A stretch of 64,000 bases of DNA from assembly GCA_038211855.1 (NCBI GenBank), contig JBBQVE010000001.1, forward strand, positions 17,648 through 81,647, read 5' to 3'. A program made the translations under genes and the position numbers. Within the stretch, counting starts at the first letter, position 1. Every line of letters begins with the position of its first letter. Positions 1 through 8,440 of the stretch are shown in pieces. The DNA comes from Candidatus Saccharimonadales bacterium (GTDB lineage Bacteria > Patescibacteriota > Saccharimonadia > Saccharimonadales > SZUA-47). The notes below the pieces were generated by a model. That model saw nothing but the letters and a program-made list of their open reading frames with translations, was not told where the DNA came from and searched no databases.

Positions 1-279
1 TCCTACGGCGCCCTCATCCTTAGTCTCGTGCCCATCTATATCATCTATATCGAATCAACAGAGAATCTGAAGTGGGATTACCGCTGGCTGATGACCCCGG
101 TCTTTTGTGTGCTTGTAGCAGGTTTTGCAATCTGTTACCTTGTCATTCGTGACAGCAATACTCATCATTTCGTGAAGCGTTATATCTTCTTCACCACCGT
201 GTTCCTTTCGCCGTTTGTAAAAATGACGCTTGCCCTAGATGGACAACGACGTTTGCAACCAGTAAAAATACACAGGTAA
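1..279 (+). CDS. 3' end of a membrane protein whose start lies upstream of the window (partial CDS)
   Basis: Frame +1 is open from nt 1 to the stop at 277-279; the sequence is hydrophobic (VFCVLVAGFAICYLVI). No start codon is required because the gene is truncated by the window edge. Confidence 0.3.
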   Translation, partial: SYGALILSLVPIYIIYIESTENLKWDYRWLMTPVFCVLVAGFAICYLVIRDSNTHHFVKRYIFFTTVFLSPFVKMTLALDGQRRLQPVKIHR

Positions 280-387
280 ACAAGTCGGTCACAAATGAAT
301 GTGAGAAGAGGATGCGCTGGTGTACGAAAAAGTTCTTACGTGGCCCTGCCTCGTTCCTTTTCTCTTCCTTAACGCTTCCTCTTGTCA

Positions 388-446
388 TCTTCATTTTGTA
401 AATACAATAGTTGCACTGATGAGTCCTCTCAGGACGAAAATGAAGA
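388..446 (+). ncRNA. Hammerhead ribozyme motif, type III topology (stem III open)
   Basis: The complete catalytic core is seen directly. The first conserved block is C416-U-G-A-U-G-A422 and the second is G436-A-A438. Stem II is GUCC 423-426 paired with GGAC 432-435, with loop UCUCA. Stem III is AAUGAAGA 439-446 paired with UCUUCAUU 388-395 (8 bp, A15.1-U16.1). H17 is U396. Stem I is UGUAA 397-401 paired with UUGCA 411-415, with a 9-nt loop. Predicted self-cleavage is 3' of U396. Confidence 0.6.
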
Positions 447-449
447 GAC

Positions 450-974
450 CTAGTTGGCGACTATATACTTAGTGGCTTCGAGCAGGCTTCCTGCGGTGTA
501 GTCGGCCTCCGGAACATCTTCTTTTTTGTTGCTGGTATGGACGAAGATGGTTTTGGTGCCAGCACGGATACCTGCCGTGACGTCAGATTGACGGTCGCCA
601 ATAAAGTATGTCGTTTCGAGATCAAAGTTGTGCTCATCGGCTGCGCGCAGAATCATACCTGGGTTTGGCTTGCGGTATTTGCTCATCGAGCCTTCGAAAT
701 CAGGCGAGTAGTAGGTTGCCACAACTTTTATACCGCTCGGTTTGAGCATTTCTTTGACCTTTTCGTGCAGAAATTCAAATTCGTCCTGTGTGATGCGGCC
801 TTCGCCGATGCCGGCTTGATTCGTGATAAAGATTACGCCGTAGCCGTTATCGGAGAGAAGCCGAAGAGCTTCAATGGTGTCTGGGAACAGTTTAATCTTG
901 TCGACGCTGTCGACGCGCATGTCGGGCGGATCAACCAATACAGTGCCATCACGGTCAAGGAGGACTATTTTCAT
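450..974 (-). CDS. HAD-IIIA family phosphatase (GmhB / histidinol-phosphatase-like)
   Basis: 174 aa, ATG start. HAD motif I is LLDRDGTV; the motif FITNQ..G and a C-terminal GDRQSD (motif IV-like) are present. It lies 40 nt downstream of the heliorhodopsin gene on the same strand. Confidence 0.65.
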   Translation of the reverse strand: MKIVLLDRDGTVLVDPPDMRVDSVDKIKLFPDTIEALRLLSDNGYGVIFITNQAGIGEGRITQDEFEFLHEKVKEMLKPSGIKVVATYYSPDFEGSMSKYRKPNPGMILRAADEHNFDLETTYFIGDRQSDVTAGIRAGTKTIFVHTSNKKEDVPEADYTAGSLLEATKYIVAN

Positions 975-1014
975 ACCCCTAGCTTAACAGAGGCTTCAAG
1001 AACTCTTCTAATTT

Positions 1015-1776
1015 TTATGGTCGCAGCGTGCCCGCAAAAACTTGCCACGCCAACAAGGATTTCGCGACAAGACTTAAGACGATGTAAACACGCTCGCCAT
1101 ACAGGTAATTTTTCCAGGGGCCGACCTTCTTATACTGCAGAACCATATTGAGCGCAAAGCAACTAAAGAATACGAAGATTGATACAAAAATCCAATAAAC
1201 AAAAGTTGGCGCGGCACTACCGTTATGGGCACTAAACCAGAAGTAAAAAGCGATAACCGCCCAAGGGATGATGCCAGCAAAAGTGCCGATGTTAAAGCTC
1301 AACCAGCTGGTTTGAGAAGTTGTCTGATTATGTACTTCCATCACGAGTCCCATAAGATTCATGAGAGCGGTCAGGCAGAAGATCATCGCGAGACTCACAA
1401 CATCATAAACACCTACTAATAGCGCGATAGCGACCATCATCGTGCTAGCCGAAAGTGCATATTCAAACCAACGGGTTTTATTGATGCCGAGCAGTAGATT
1501 TTTGTTATAGGTTTTATTGTAGATGGTTGCAATAAATAGGTGAGCGGCCGCGGACAGAAAAAAGAATGCGACGATAAGTGCGGGCAATGAGAGAGTAAAA
1601 AGTGTTTTGCTGGCCGGTAGTAACTTTTGTGTAGCGCTGTCGAAACGAAGATAGCTGCCGCTTATTGGAAGACGAAAGCTGCGACTCAGGGCCATAACTG
1701 CGAGTCCTTGTGCTGTGTGTAGTCCCGCCATAACGAAATTGAATTTTCTTAGGCCGCTCGTCGTAATTTTTTTCAT
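1015..1776 (-). CDS. Heliorhodopsin (7TM retinal protein, inverted topology family)
   Basis: 253 aa from the ATG at 1776; the ORF track begins at an in-frame TTG at 1782. From memory it aligns along its whole length to heliorhodopsin 48C12. NFVMAGLHTAQGLAVMALS..LPISGSYL corresponds to NFNRIAGVFHLLQMLAVLALS..LPMTGTYL. TRWFEYALSASTMMV corresponds to FRWVEYSLSSSVMIV. GIIPWAVIAFY corresponds to GIVPWIGLLIY. The C-terminus YKKVGPWKNYLYGERVYIVLSLVAKSLLAWQVFAGTL corresponds to YKGKGKWSNYLRGERAYIVLSLVAKSALAWQIFSGTL, including the Schiff-base lysine in SLVAKS. Confidence 0.8.
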   Translation of the reverse strand: MKKITTSGLRKFNFVMAGLHTAQGLAVMALSRSFRLPISGSYLRFDSATQKLLPASKTLFTLSLPALIVAFFFLSAAAHLFIATIYNKTYNKNLLLGINKTRWFEYALSASTMMVAIALLVGVYDVVSLAMIFCLTALMNLMGLVMEVHNQTTSQTSWLSFNIGTFAGIIPWAVIAFYFWFSAHNGSAAPTFVYWIFVSIFVFFSCFALNMVLQYKKVGPWKNYLYGERVYIVLSLVAKSLLAWQVFAGTLRP

Positions 1777-1842
1777 ATTCAAATAGTATCACAATCGACT
1801 TACGAGGGTCATGGAGCTTCAAATAATAAAGTATGCACATAC

Positions 1843-1870
1843 AAAAGCCCCATCATTTGATGGGGCTTTT
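1843..1870. terminator. Rho-independent bidirectional terminator
   Basis: The sequence AAAA-GCCCCATCA-TT-TGATGGGGC-TTTT forms a perfect 9-bp GC-rich stem with a 2-nt loop, flanked by an A-tract and a T-tract. It sits 5 nt downstream of the minus-strand tRNA-Glu and separates that tRNA from the heliorhodopsin gene start. Confidence 0.7.
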
Positions 1871-1874
1871 GTAT

Positions 1875-1951
1875 TGGTGATCCCGGCGGGATTCGAACCC
1901 GCGATCTCCTGGATGAGAACCAGGTGTCCAAGACCACTAGACGACGGGACC
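1875..1951 (-). tRNA. tRNA-Glu (anticodon CTC), CCA encoded
   Basis: The reverse complement is GGTCCCG-TC-GTC-TAGTGGTCTTG-GAC-A-CCTGG-TTCTCAT-CCAGG-AGATC-GCGGG-TTCGAAT-CCCGC-CGGGATC-A-CCA. It folds as a cloverleaf with a 7-bp acceptor stem, a Glu-type D-arm (3-bp D-stem), anticodon loop TT-CTC-AT and a T-loop TTCGAAT. Confidence 0.8.
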
Positions 1952-2091
1952 GTTGTTTCGTGCCGTAAAATCATATCATAACAGAGGCGGATTTGCTATT
2001 TTACACTAGTAGCACAGTGTGGCTGTAAGGATTCTTATCGCGCTCCCAGCAGAAATAATCGACAATACGCAACAGATTAGGAGTACAAAAA

Positions 2092-2268
2092 ATGAGAAGA
2101 AGATACTCAACGGGCGGAATTATTTATATCATTATAGGTGTGGTCGTGGCGAGCAATCGGGGCTACCTTACAGACTTGGGTTCGATCGGTCACATACTCT
2201 CTGCCCTGCTGGCAATCCTGTTATGGCCGCTCCTCTTGGTCGGCGTCAGTCTGCACCTAGCAATTTAA
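2092..2268 (+). CDS. Small membrane protein (58 aa), hypothetical
   Basis: An ATG at 2092 is preceded by AGGAG (2079-2083) with 8-nt spacing. The product MRRRYSTGGIIYIIIGVVVASNRGYLTDLGSIGHILSALLAILLWPLLLVGVSLHLAI has two predicted TM helices. It is below the ORF-track size cutoff. Confidence 0.4.
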   Translation: MRRRYSTGGIIYIIIGVVVASNRGYLTDLGSIGHILSALLAILLWPLLLVGVSLHLAI

Positions 2269-2308
2269 GGGCGACGAGCTTCTTAATAATTTCAATGTCA
2301 TCCCCTGT

Positions 2309-2689
2309 TTATGACTCGAGCTGTTTGAGATATTCAACGAGTTCGCGTGGGGTGATTTCGGCCTTGATAAGGTAGCCATCGGCTTGTTTTTCGATGCGTT
2401 CGCGGGTGCCTTCTTCTTGGTCGAGGTTGGTCGTAACGATAATCTTGGCTTTGATTTGCTTCGGACGATCCGGGCTGCGCAAACGGCGCAACACCTCAAT
2501 GCCGTTAATGCCGGGAATCATCAGATCTAGTAAGATGATATCGTAGATGTCTTTTTCGGCTTCAACAACCGCTGTATCGCCGTCCGGTGCCGTAACAACT
2601 TCATAGCCGGCAGTTTGCAAAGCACGAGTATACAGCTCGCTAATGAAGAATTCGTCCTCGATACATAAGATTTTGAGTTTCTGATCCAT
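2309..2689 (-). CDS. Single-domain response regulator (CheY-like receiver)
   Basis: 126 aa with the receiver motifs IEDE (acid pocket), IILLDLMIPG (phospho-Asp), VTTN and YLIK. The RBS AGGAG is upstream of the ATG. It lies 3 nt downstream of the histidine kinase gene. Confidence 0.8.
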   Translation of the reverse strand: MDQKLKILCIEDEFFISELYTRALQTAGYEVVTAPDGDTAVVEAEKDIYDIILLDLMIPGINGIEVLRRLRSPDRPKQIKAKIIVTTNLDQEEGTRERIEKQADGYLIKAEITPRELVEYLKQLES

Positions 2690-2692
2690 GCT

Positions 2693-4237
2693 TTATCTCC
2701 TGTACATGCTATGGTTCTTAATCCAGCCGTGTGCTCCCCTCATGATACCATCTTGACCCTGTGCTTCAGCGCCATGTCGCGCTTCATCATACTGCTCGAG
2801 GGTAAACGTGAAGATGCTGCCTTCGCCTTCTTTGCTGTTGACCCAAATATTGCCACCATGGGCGTTGACGAGTGCTTTGCAGAGATACAAGCCAAGGCCG
2901 GTGCCCCCGATCTGAACACGACTACGGTGACTACGGTAGAATTTATCAAATAACTTTGGTACCACACTGGCGGGAATACCGAGGCCATTATCTTGAACGC
3001 TCGTTTCAACCATACCATCGCGGCCAATTTTACTGGTAATGGTAATCTGTTCGGACTTGCCGCCATACTTAATGGCATTATCAACGAGGTTATTGATGAT
3101 TTCATGGACGCTGATACGGTCGGCGGCGACCAGTGGAATCGATGGATCAATCTCAAGAACTATATGCTTGCCATGGACTTGGGCACGCAGCTCAAGGTCG
3201 GCTACGGCAGAGGTCAGGATCTCTTTGAGGTCTTCCTTGTGCAGCGTCAGCGTGAGCTGATTCTCACCGATGCGGGCCACATTCAGGATATTACTCACAA
3301 AGGCCGTCAGTTGCTGGGCGCTGGCGTGCATCTTATGCATAAAATCTTTCAATTCAGGCGCCAAACCTGGGCCAAGCTCGTCTTCAAAGACTTCTATATA
3401 ACCGCGCATAATGGTGAGCGGTGTGCGCAGTTCATGCACGGCCATCGCGACAAAACTAATTTCTTGATCATCAGCCGCATACGATTCGGTGTGATCGAAG
3501 AAAACGAGGACTGACTCAACCTCACCAGCGCCCTTGCTATAACTGGCCGCCATATCGAACTGCTTCGTCGGGTTGCCATCTGTATCTACCAAACGCACAC
3601 GGTTCCAGGTAGTGCCTGCCTTCACAACATTCTTCTGACAATCTGACAACCACGTCTCATAAGTGAGCTCGCTTGGAAAACTCATGTTTAGGATATCATT
3701 GATGTTTTTACCGATTGAGGCTTGTCGCTTTTCGGCATCGATACCCAGATACACCACCGCCGCATCATTCATATAGTGCAAATGTGAGGCACTATCGACG
3801 GTTAATACTGGCAACGGAGTGGCATTTAACATCTTTTCGCCGCCTATGACGGCCGCTTGCGGATGTGGCTCCTGTTCTTGACTATGACCCGCTTTGCTGG
3901 CCATTTCATATACTTGGAGGGCCAAAACAGATACCATCTCACGGCCAAGTTTTATATGTTCGATATCAGGAGCTGGTGTAGCAGAAGTCTCACGACTGAC
4001 GTGTAAGATGGCCTGACGCAGATTTTTGAGTGGTTCGAGGGCGTAGGATGTCGTGGCTGCGGACATAAAATATGCACAGACAAACCCAATCGTGATCGAG
4101 CCGACCGCTAACGGAATGTTTGGAACATGCAGATGTCTGCCTGCGAGCCACACGACGAGAGGAACGAGCGAGACAAGCATAAAAGCCATCCACAGTCGGC
4201 CAATGAGGGCTTTTTGGACGGCTTTTAAATGGTCCAT
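2693..4237 (-). CDS. Membrane sensor histidine kinase (HisKA + HATPase_c)
   Basis: 514 aa with an N-terminal TM segment. The H-box is AMAVHELRTPLTIMRGY. The N-box is NLVDNAIKYG, and a G-box DNGLGIP...GGTGLGL is present. Confidence 0.8.
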   Translation of the reverse strand: MDHLKAVQKALIGRLWMAFMLVSLVPLVVWLAGRHLHVPNIPLAVGSITIGFVCAYFMSAATTSYALEPLKNLRQAILHVSRETSATPAPDIEHIKLGREMVSVLALQVYEMASKAGHSQEQEPHPQAAVIGGEKMLNATPLPVLTVDSASHLHYMNDAAVVYLGIDAEKRQASIGKNINDILNMSFPSELTYETWLSDCQKNVVKAGTTWNRVRLVDTDGNPTKQFDMAASYSKGAGEVESVLVFFDHTESYAADDQEISFVAMAVHELRTPLTIMRGYIEVFEDELGPGLAPELKDFMHKMHASAQQLTAFVSNILNVARIGENQLTLTLHKEDLKEILTSAVADLELRAQVHGKHIVLEIDPSIPLVAADRISVHEIINNLVDNAIKYGGKSEQITITSKIGRDGMVETSVQDNGLGIPASVVPKLFDKFYRSHRSRVQIGGTGLGLYLCKALVNAHGGNIWVNSKEGEGSIFTFTLEQYDEARHGAEAQGQDGIMRGAHGWIKNHSMYRR

Positions 4238-4239
4238 TT

Positions 4240-5466
4240 TTACGGTGCAGCCGGCGCTGCAGGTGCCTTATAATTTACCATTGTGGCTTGGCCAAGTGCC
4301 GTGAACCAGGTTTGTCCAGGGTTAATCGGCAAAGTCACGCCGTTTGAGTCTTGGAGAACGAGCGGCGAGGTAGCCTGCGGTTTGCTCCACTTTGCAGTCG
4401 TCACGATACCGTCTTCGAAGACGACTGCATCGCCCGTTCCAATGCTAGCGTAGTCGCTGTGAATATCATCCGGATCGATGTTATAGCGAATGATGAGGGC
4501 GACAACGACCTTCGGCTCGAGCTGTTTACCGGACTTTTCATCAACGTGCGGCGCACCGGCTTCGCTGCGTTTGTAAGCATTGTTGGCGGCATCATAGTCG
4601 TAGTGCACGAAGAAATTGGTGCTAGAGATGGCAAAATCGAGGGTGGTAGCGTTTGGTGTCTTACTGGGTGCCTCGGCCTTTCGAGCTAAGCCAGTAAAAT
4701 CAGGATTGCCCCAGTTCCTGTCGCTCCGTACTTTATCAAGCACTGACATACTCGTATAGGCATTGTGTGGCGCATATCTCGAGCTGACGCGTTGAATCGG
4801 GTTATCGGCCCCATTCTCGCCCATATCCATCAATTTAAGTTGGCTAAGCATCTGCAAGGCCACGGCACTACCACCGATGTGCATATAGGTAGCATTGTAC
4901 GGCAATAGCCAGTTGATGTAATACGGCCGAGCACTCCGCACCGGTCCGATGTAGGTCGGTTGTTCGGTCTGGAAGAGGGCCAAAAAGCGTGTAATGCCAC
5001 CTTCGGCGATTGCTTCGTAGACGACGCCAGCGTCCAAAAGACCAGACTGTGGACGTGCGTCGATACTATTTTCGATCATGACACCAGTGACGCCGCGTTG
5101 GTTGAGTTCAGGCGTGACTTGTACGCCAGTTAATTTGCTTGCAACCGTTGTTGGCTTTGGTGGCTCAACCGCCTTCTGGATGACGGGCGCAGGCTTCAAG
5201 ACAGGTACGACTTTTTTAGGACGCGTCAGCAAAAAGGCCGCCACGACACTCCCAATTAGCAAGACACCAAGAGGAATAAAGATGAGCAGCTTTTTTTTGG
5301 TTGTCAGACGCGTAAACCAGTTTTGCTTTTTGCCAGCGCTAACTGTGAGGGTTGGTCCTGTATCGGTATCAACCATCGCGTCATCTGCCGCCATCTCTTC
5401 TGGAGGGACAAATTCTGGATCTTTTAAGGTATCATCTGGTTTTTTTATAGCTTTGGCGTTGTCCAT
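4240..5466 (-). CDS. DUF3048-family (YerB-like) membrane-anchored secreted protein
   Basis: 408 aa. An N-terminal acidic segment is followed by one TM helix (LLIFIPLGVLLIGSVVAAFLL). The C-terminal domain has DUF3048-like motifs (GVVYEAIAEGGITRFLALF, PVRSARPYY) recalled from memory. Its stop abuts the HK start, consistent with an operon. Confidence 0.45.
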   Translation of the reverse strand: MDNAKAIKKPDDTLKDPEFVPPEEMAADDAMVDTDTGPTLTVSAGKKQNWFTRLTTKKKLLIFIPLGVLLIGSVVAAFLLTRPKKVVPVLKPAPVIQKAVEPPKPTTVASKLTGVQVTPELNQRGVTGVMIENSIDARPQSGLLDAGVVYEAIAEGGITRFLALFQTEQPTYIGPVRSARPYYINWLLPYNATYMHIGGSAVALQMLSQLKLMDMGENGADNPIQRVSSRYAPHNAYTSMSVLDKVRSDRNWGNPDFTGLARKAEAPSKTPNATTLDFAISSTNFFVHYDYDAANNAYKRSEAGAPHVDEKSGKQLEPKVVVALIIRYNIDPDDIHSDYASIGTGDAVVFEDGIVTTAKWSKPQATSPLVLQDSNGVTLPINPGQTWFTALGQATMVNYKAPAAPAAP

Positions 5467-5561
5467 AGTTCACAAGTTCCCCACTAAACATTGTTATGCT
5501 TATTGTACGTGGCTTGGTCTCTGAATACAAACCGCCGTGAAAGATGTTAAACTAACAAGTA

Positions 5562-7217
5562 ATGACAGATACAACGACTGAACGAATTGCTGCCTTGCTC
5601 AGCGAAGGTCTGACGCTGAGGTCGCGTGCGCAGATTGAAGCTACCTTCCCTGCCCGCTCGTTGCCGCCAGGCGCCGAAGTGATGCGTGTGCCGCCCAGTC
5701 CGACGGGTTTTGTACATATTGGTACGATTTATGCAGGTCTCGTGAATGAGCGGATTGCCCACCAAAGTGCCGGCGTCTTCATTTTACGCATCGAGGATAC
5801 AGATAAGAAACGCGAAGTTGCTGGTTCGGTTGCGCGGATCGTTGAAGCGTTTGATTATTTTGACCTACAGTATGACGAAGGCCCGATCCGTGAGGGTGCT
5901 TATGGGCCCTATTTTCAAAGTCAACGCGGTGATATATATATGGCCTACGCTCTTGAACTGCTCCGTTCTGGCCGCGCCTACCCCGACTTCGCTACACCTG
6001 AAGAATTGCAGGCCACTACGGCTGCCCAGCAAGCTGCCAAAGTACGACCTGGTACCTATGGAAAGTGGGCACTGTGGCGTGAAAAAACTGATGAAGAGGT
6101 CACTGCTGCGCTTGATGCGGGCACACCGTTCGTCTTACGCTTCAAATCCACAGGAAGCCATGAGAAGCGCATTACTTATGAAGACGTCTTCAAGGGCCGT
6201 ATGGAAGTGCCCGAAAACGACCTCGATGTGCCGCTGATAAAAAGTGATGGCACGCGTCTGCCAACCTACCATCTGGCGCATGTCGTTGACGACACGTTGA
6301 TGCGTGTCACCAAAGTCTTCCGCAGCGACGAATGGCTACCAAGCACGGCGCTCCACATTGAACTCTGCCAAGCCCTCGAGCTTACTCCTTTTACCTATGG
6401 CCACTTTGCGCCAATCAGTATTTTGGACAAAAACGGTGGCGGCAAACGCAAACTTAGCAAACGCAAAGACGACGAAGCCAATGTGGAGTTTTGGATAGCG
6501 GCAGGTTACCCCGTCGAAGGCGTCAAAGCCTATCTATTGGGCCTCGCTAACTCAACGTTTGAAGACTGGTACCGTTCCAATCCAAGTGTTTCTCTGTCTG
6601 AGTTCCCTGTTTCTTTAGAAAAGTTAGCTGCCAGCCGTGCTCCGCTCCTCGACATGGCCAAGCTACAGGACTACTGTAAGGACTACATCGCATCACTACC
6701 TCAAGACGAGTTCAACAAACGATTGATTGCTGCTCAGACTAATAAAGATTTCAAGCATGCCCTTGAGGTTAATGCCGATTACACGAATAAAGTGCTAGAA
6801 ATCGAACGTACCGGTGAAAAACCGCGCAAAGACCTAGCCAAGTGGGAAGATGCCTTCGACAATTACGCCTATTTTTACGATCAATTATTCACGAAGGATT
6901 TTGCTCCTCAGATTTTGGCGCAACTCGAAGATATTGACACGAAAACTGTTGCACATGCCTGTGCTGCTTTTTTGGAGTCTTATGACCCGGCTGATGAGTC
7001 GCAGATCTGGTTCGAAAAGCTCAAAGCGGCCGCCGAAAAATGCGGTTTCGCAACAGACAATAAAGCTTTCAAAGCCAATCCAGAAAAGTTTGTGGGCAAC
7101 GTCGCCGATTTTGCGCGAATTGTCAGAGTCAAGTTAACTGGTAAAAACCGCACGCCCGACCTCACCGCCATCATGCGTGTAATGGGAATCGACCGTATCA
7201 AAAACCGCTTGCAATAA
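5562..7217 (+). CDS. gltX: Glutamyl-tRNA synthetase (class I)
   Basis: 551 aa. The HIGH-type motif is PSPTGFVHIGT, RIEDTD is present, and the KMSKS-type motif is KLSKRK. Confidence 0.8.
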   Translation: MTDTTTERIAALLSEGLTLRSRAQIEATFPARSLPPGAEVMRVPPSPTGFVHIGTIYAGLVNERIAHQSAGVFILRIEDTDKKREVAGSVARIVEAFDYFDLQYDEGPIREGAYGPYFQSQRGDIYMAYALELLRSGRAYPDFATPEELQATTAAQQAAKVRPGTYGKWALWREKTDEEVTAALDAGTPFVLRFKSTGSHEKRITYEDVFKGRMEVPENDLDVPLIKSDGTRLPTYHLAHVVDDTLMRVTKVFRSDEWLPSTALHIELCQALELTPFTYGHFAPISILDKNGGGKRKLSKRKDDEANVEFWIAAGYPVEGVKAYLLGLANSTFEDWYRSNPSVSLSEFPVSLEKLAASRAPLLDMAKLQDYCKDYIASLPQDEFNKRLIAAQTNKDFKHALEVNADYTNKVLEIERTGEKPRKDLAKWEDAFDNYAYFYDQLFTKDFAPQILAQLEDIDTKTVAHACAAFLESYDPADESQIWFEKLKAAAEKCGFATDNKAFKANPEKFVGNVADFARIVRVKLTGKNRTPDLTAIMRVMGIDRIKNRLQ

Positions 7218-7236
7218 TTGAGCTTTTCCCAGAGAG

Positions 7237-8301
7237 TTACAGGCTGGCGGCGATTCTGACAAGCTGATCGCTCGTCAGATCGGAGTTGCCCTCGATTTGA
7301 TACCACACTCCACCGTTGACCCAAGTAGCATTTGAGCCATCGTAGATATAAATAGTCCGTCCACGATCTTGATAGGTCTGATATGCTTTGCCACCGATGG
7401 CGACGAAGTTGCTCAGAAGCGTATCGCTGGTCCAGGTACTGGTCTGTTGGGAGAGTTTATAGTTGCGGCTCGCGTCACTGTTGGACTTGAAGCTGACAAC
7501 CACCTGCCCGGCGCTATATTGCACGGGACCTTGGAACGTAAAGCCAGATGGCGAGTATTCTGGCATTGTCGCTCCAAATCCGGCACGAGCAGAAGCAACT
7601 CGCATGGCCAGGTTCGGAACGTTCTGATAGGCATAAAAACCGCCAATCAATAGGCCGGCAAGCACTGTAGTAGAGATTGCTAAAGCCTTCGCGCTGATTC
7701 CTATCCTCTTCGCTATGCGCTTGTGCATTGGTTTCTTGGGATCATAAAACGGCTCATTGTGGCTTTGGGCAGCCTCAAGCGCACGATCCAGCAAATCAGC
7801 CGTCTTGGCTTTCTGGCTAGTAACTGCGCTGATAACTGGGACGATGGCCGGAGCTGGTCGGACTTCCAACGGTACGACTTTCTTAATAATTTGTGCAGGC
7901 ATTTGTGGTGCCCCAAACTTGTGGATCAGAGCACTCTTTTCTACCTGTTGGGCATGTTGTTCACGGCCGAGAGACGTGGCGGCGGTTCGCGGGGTGATAA
8001 TCGTTTTTGCTACTGGCTTACTGCTCGTAGCGGCAACGAGGATTGGTTTTGTAAGCGAAGCAGAAGACGGCTTTTTGACCACTGAGCGCATCAAAGTTTT
8101 GGTGCGTTGGACAGGCGTTGCTGGCAAGCCGCTGCCACCTCGAGCAACAGGGACAGAAGTCGAGTGCTTCGGTCGTTTCACAAAGCCGTCAACGACCATT
8201 TTTTGGGTATTTTTTGGTGTTGCATGTGTGCCAATCAAGGCGCCAGTGACAGCGTCGTAGCGCTGACCGTTGATTTCGATGAAGTTTTGCTGGTTGCCCA
8301 C
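7237..8301 (-). CDS. Hypothetical membrane-anchored protein (single TM, extracytoplasmic C-terminal domain)
   Basis: 354 aa. The TM helix is AISTTVLAGLLIGGFYAY. No family motifs were recognised. Confidence 0.35.
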   Translation of the reverse strand: MGNQQNFIEINGQRYDAVTGALIGTHATPKNTQKMVVDGFVKRPKHSTSVPVARGGSGLPATPVQRTKTLMRSVVKKPSSASLTKPILVAATSSKPVAKTIITPRTAATSLGREQHAQQVEKSALIHKFGAPQMPAQIIKKVVPLEVRPAPAIVPVISAVTSQKAKTADLLDRALEAAQSHNEPFYDPKKPMHKRIAKRIGISAKALAISTTVLAGLLIGGFYAYQNVPNLAMRVASARAGFGATMPEYSPSGFTFQGPVQYSAGQVVVSFKSNSDASRNYKLSQQTSTWTSDTLLSNFVAIGGKAYQTYQDRGRTIYIYDGSNATWVNGGVWYQIEGNSDLTSDQLVRIAASL

Positions 8302-8440
8302 GGTGTTCGTTTTTACCCTCTAAAATAAGCTTTTTTTGGCTCGAATGTCTGTGAGGTATCGTACACCACAGCCGGCTGTCCTGCAAGCTGTCCGATACCC
8401 GTAATAAGTGGTATACTGCAAAGACGAGAAGCAAAAACAA

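Noticed and set aside
537-1151. 204-aa plus-strand ORF overlapping the HAD phosphatase and heliorhodopsin genes
   Set aside because: It is antisense to two genes with clear family motifs. It has no RBS and its composition is typical of a shadow ORF.
2019-2375. 118-aa plus-strand ORF
   Set aside because: It runs antisense into the response-regulator gene. The 58-aa in-phase-different ORF with an AGGAG RBS at 2092 is the better model for this spacer.
6984-7012. CUGAUGAG ... GAAA hammerhead-like core inside gltX
   Set aside because: Stem II cannot form (10.2/11.2 is U-U) and it is inside a conserved coding region. It was judged a chance match, unlike the 388-446 motif.
8408-8440. GTG start of the PEGA-protein ORF given by the ORF track
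   Set aside because: The start codon is GTG with no RBS. The ATG at 8441 follows a TATACT box and gives a sensible N-terminus.
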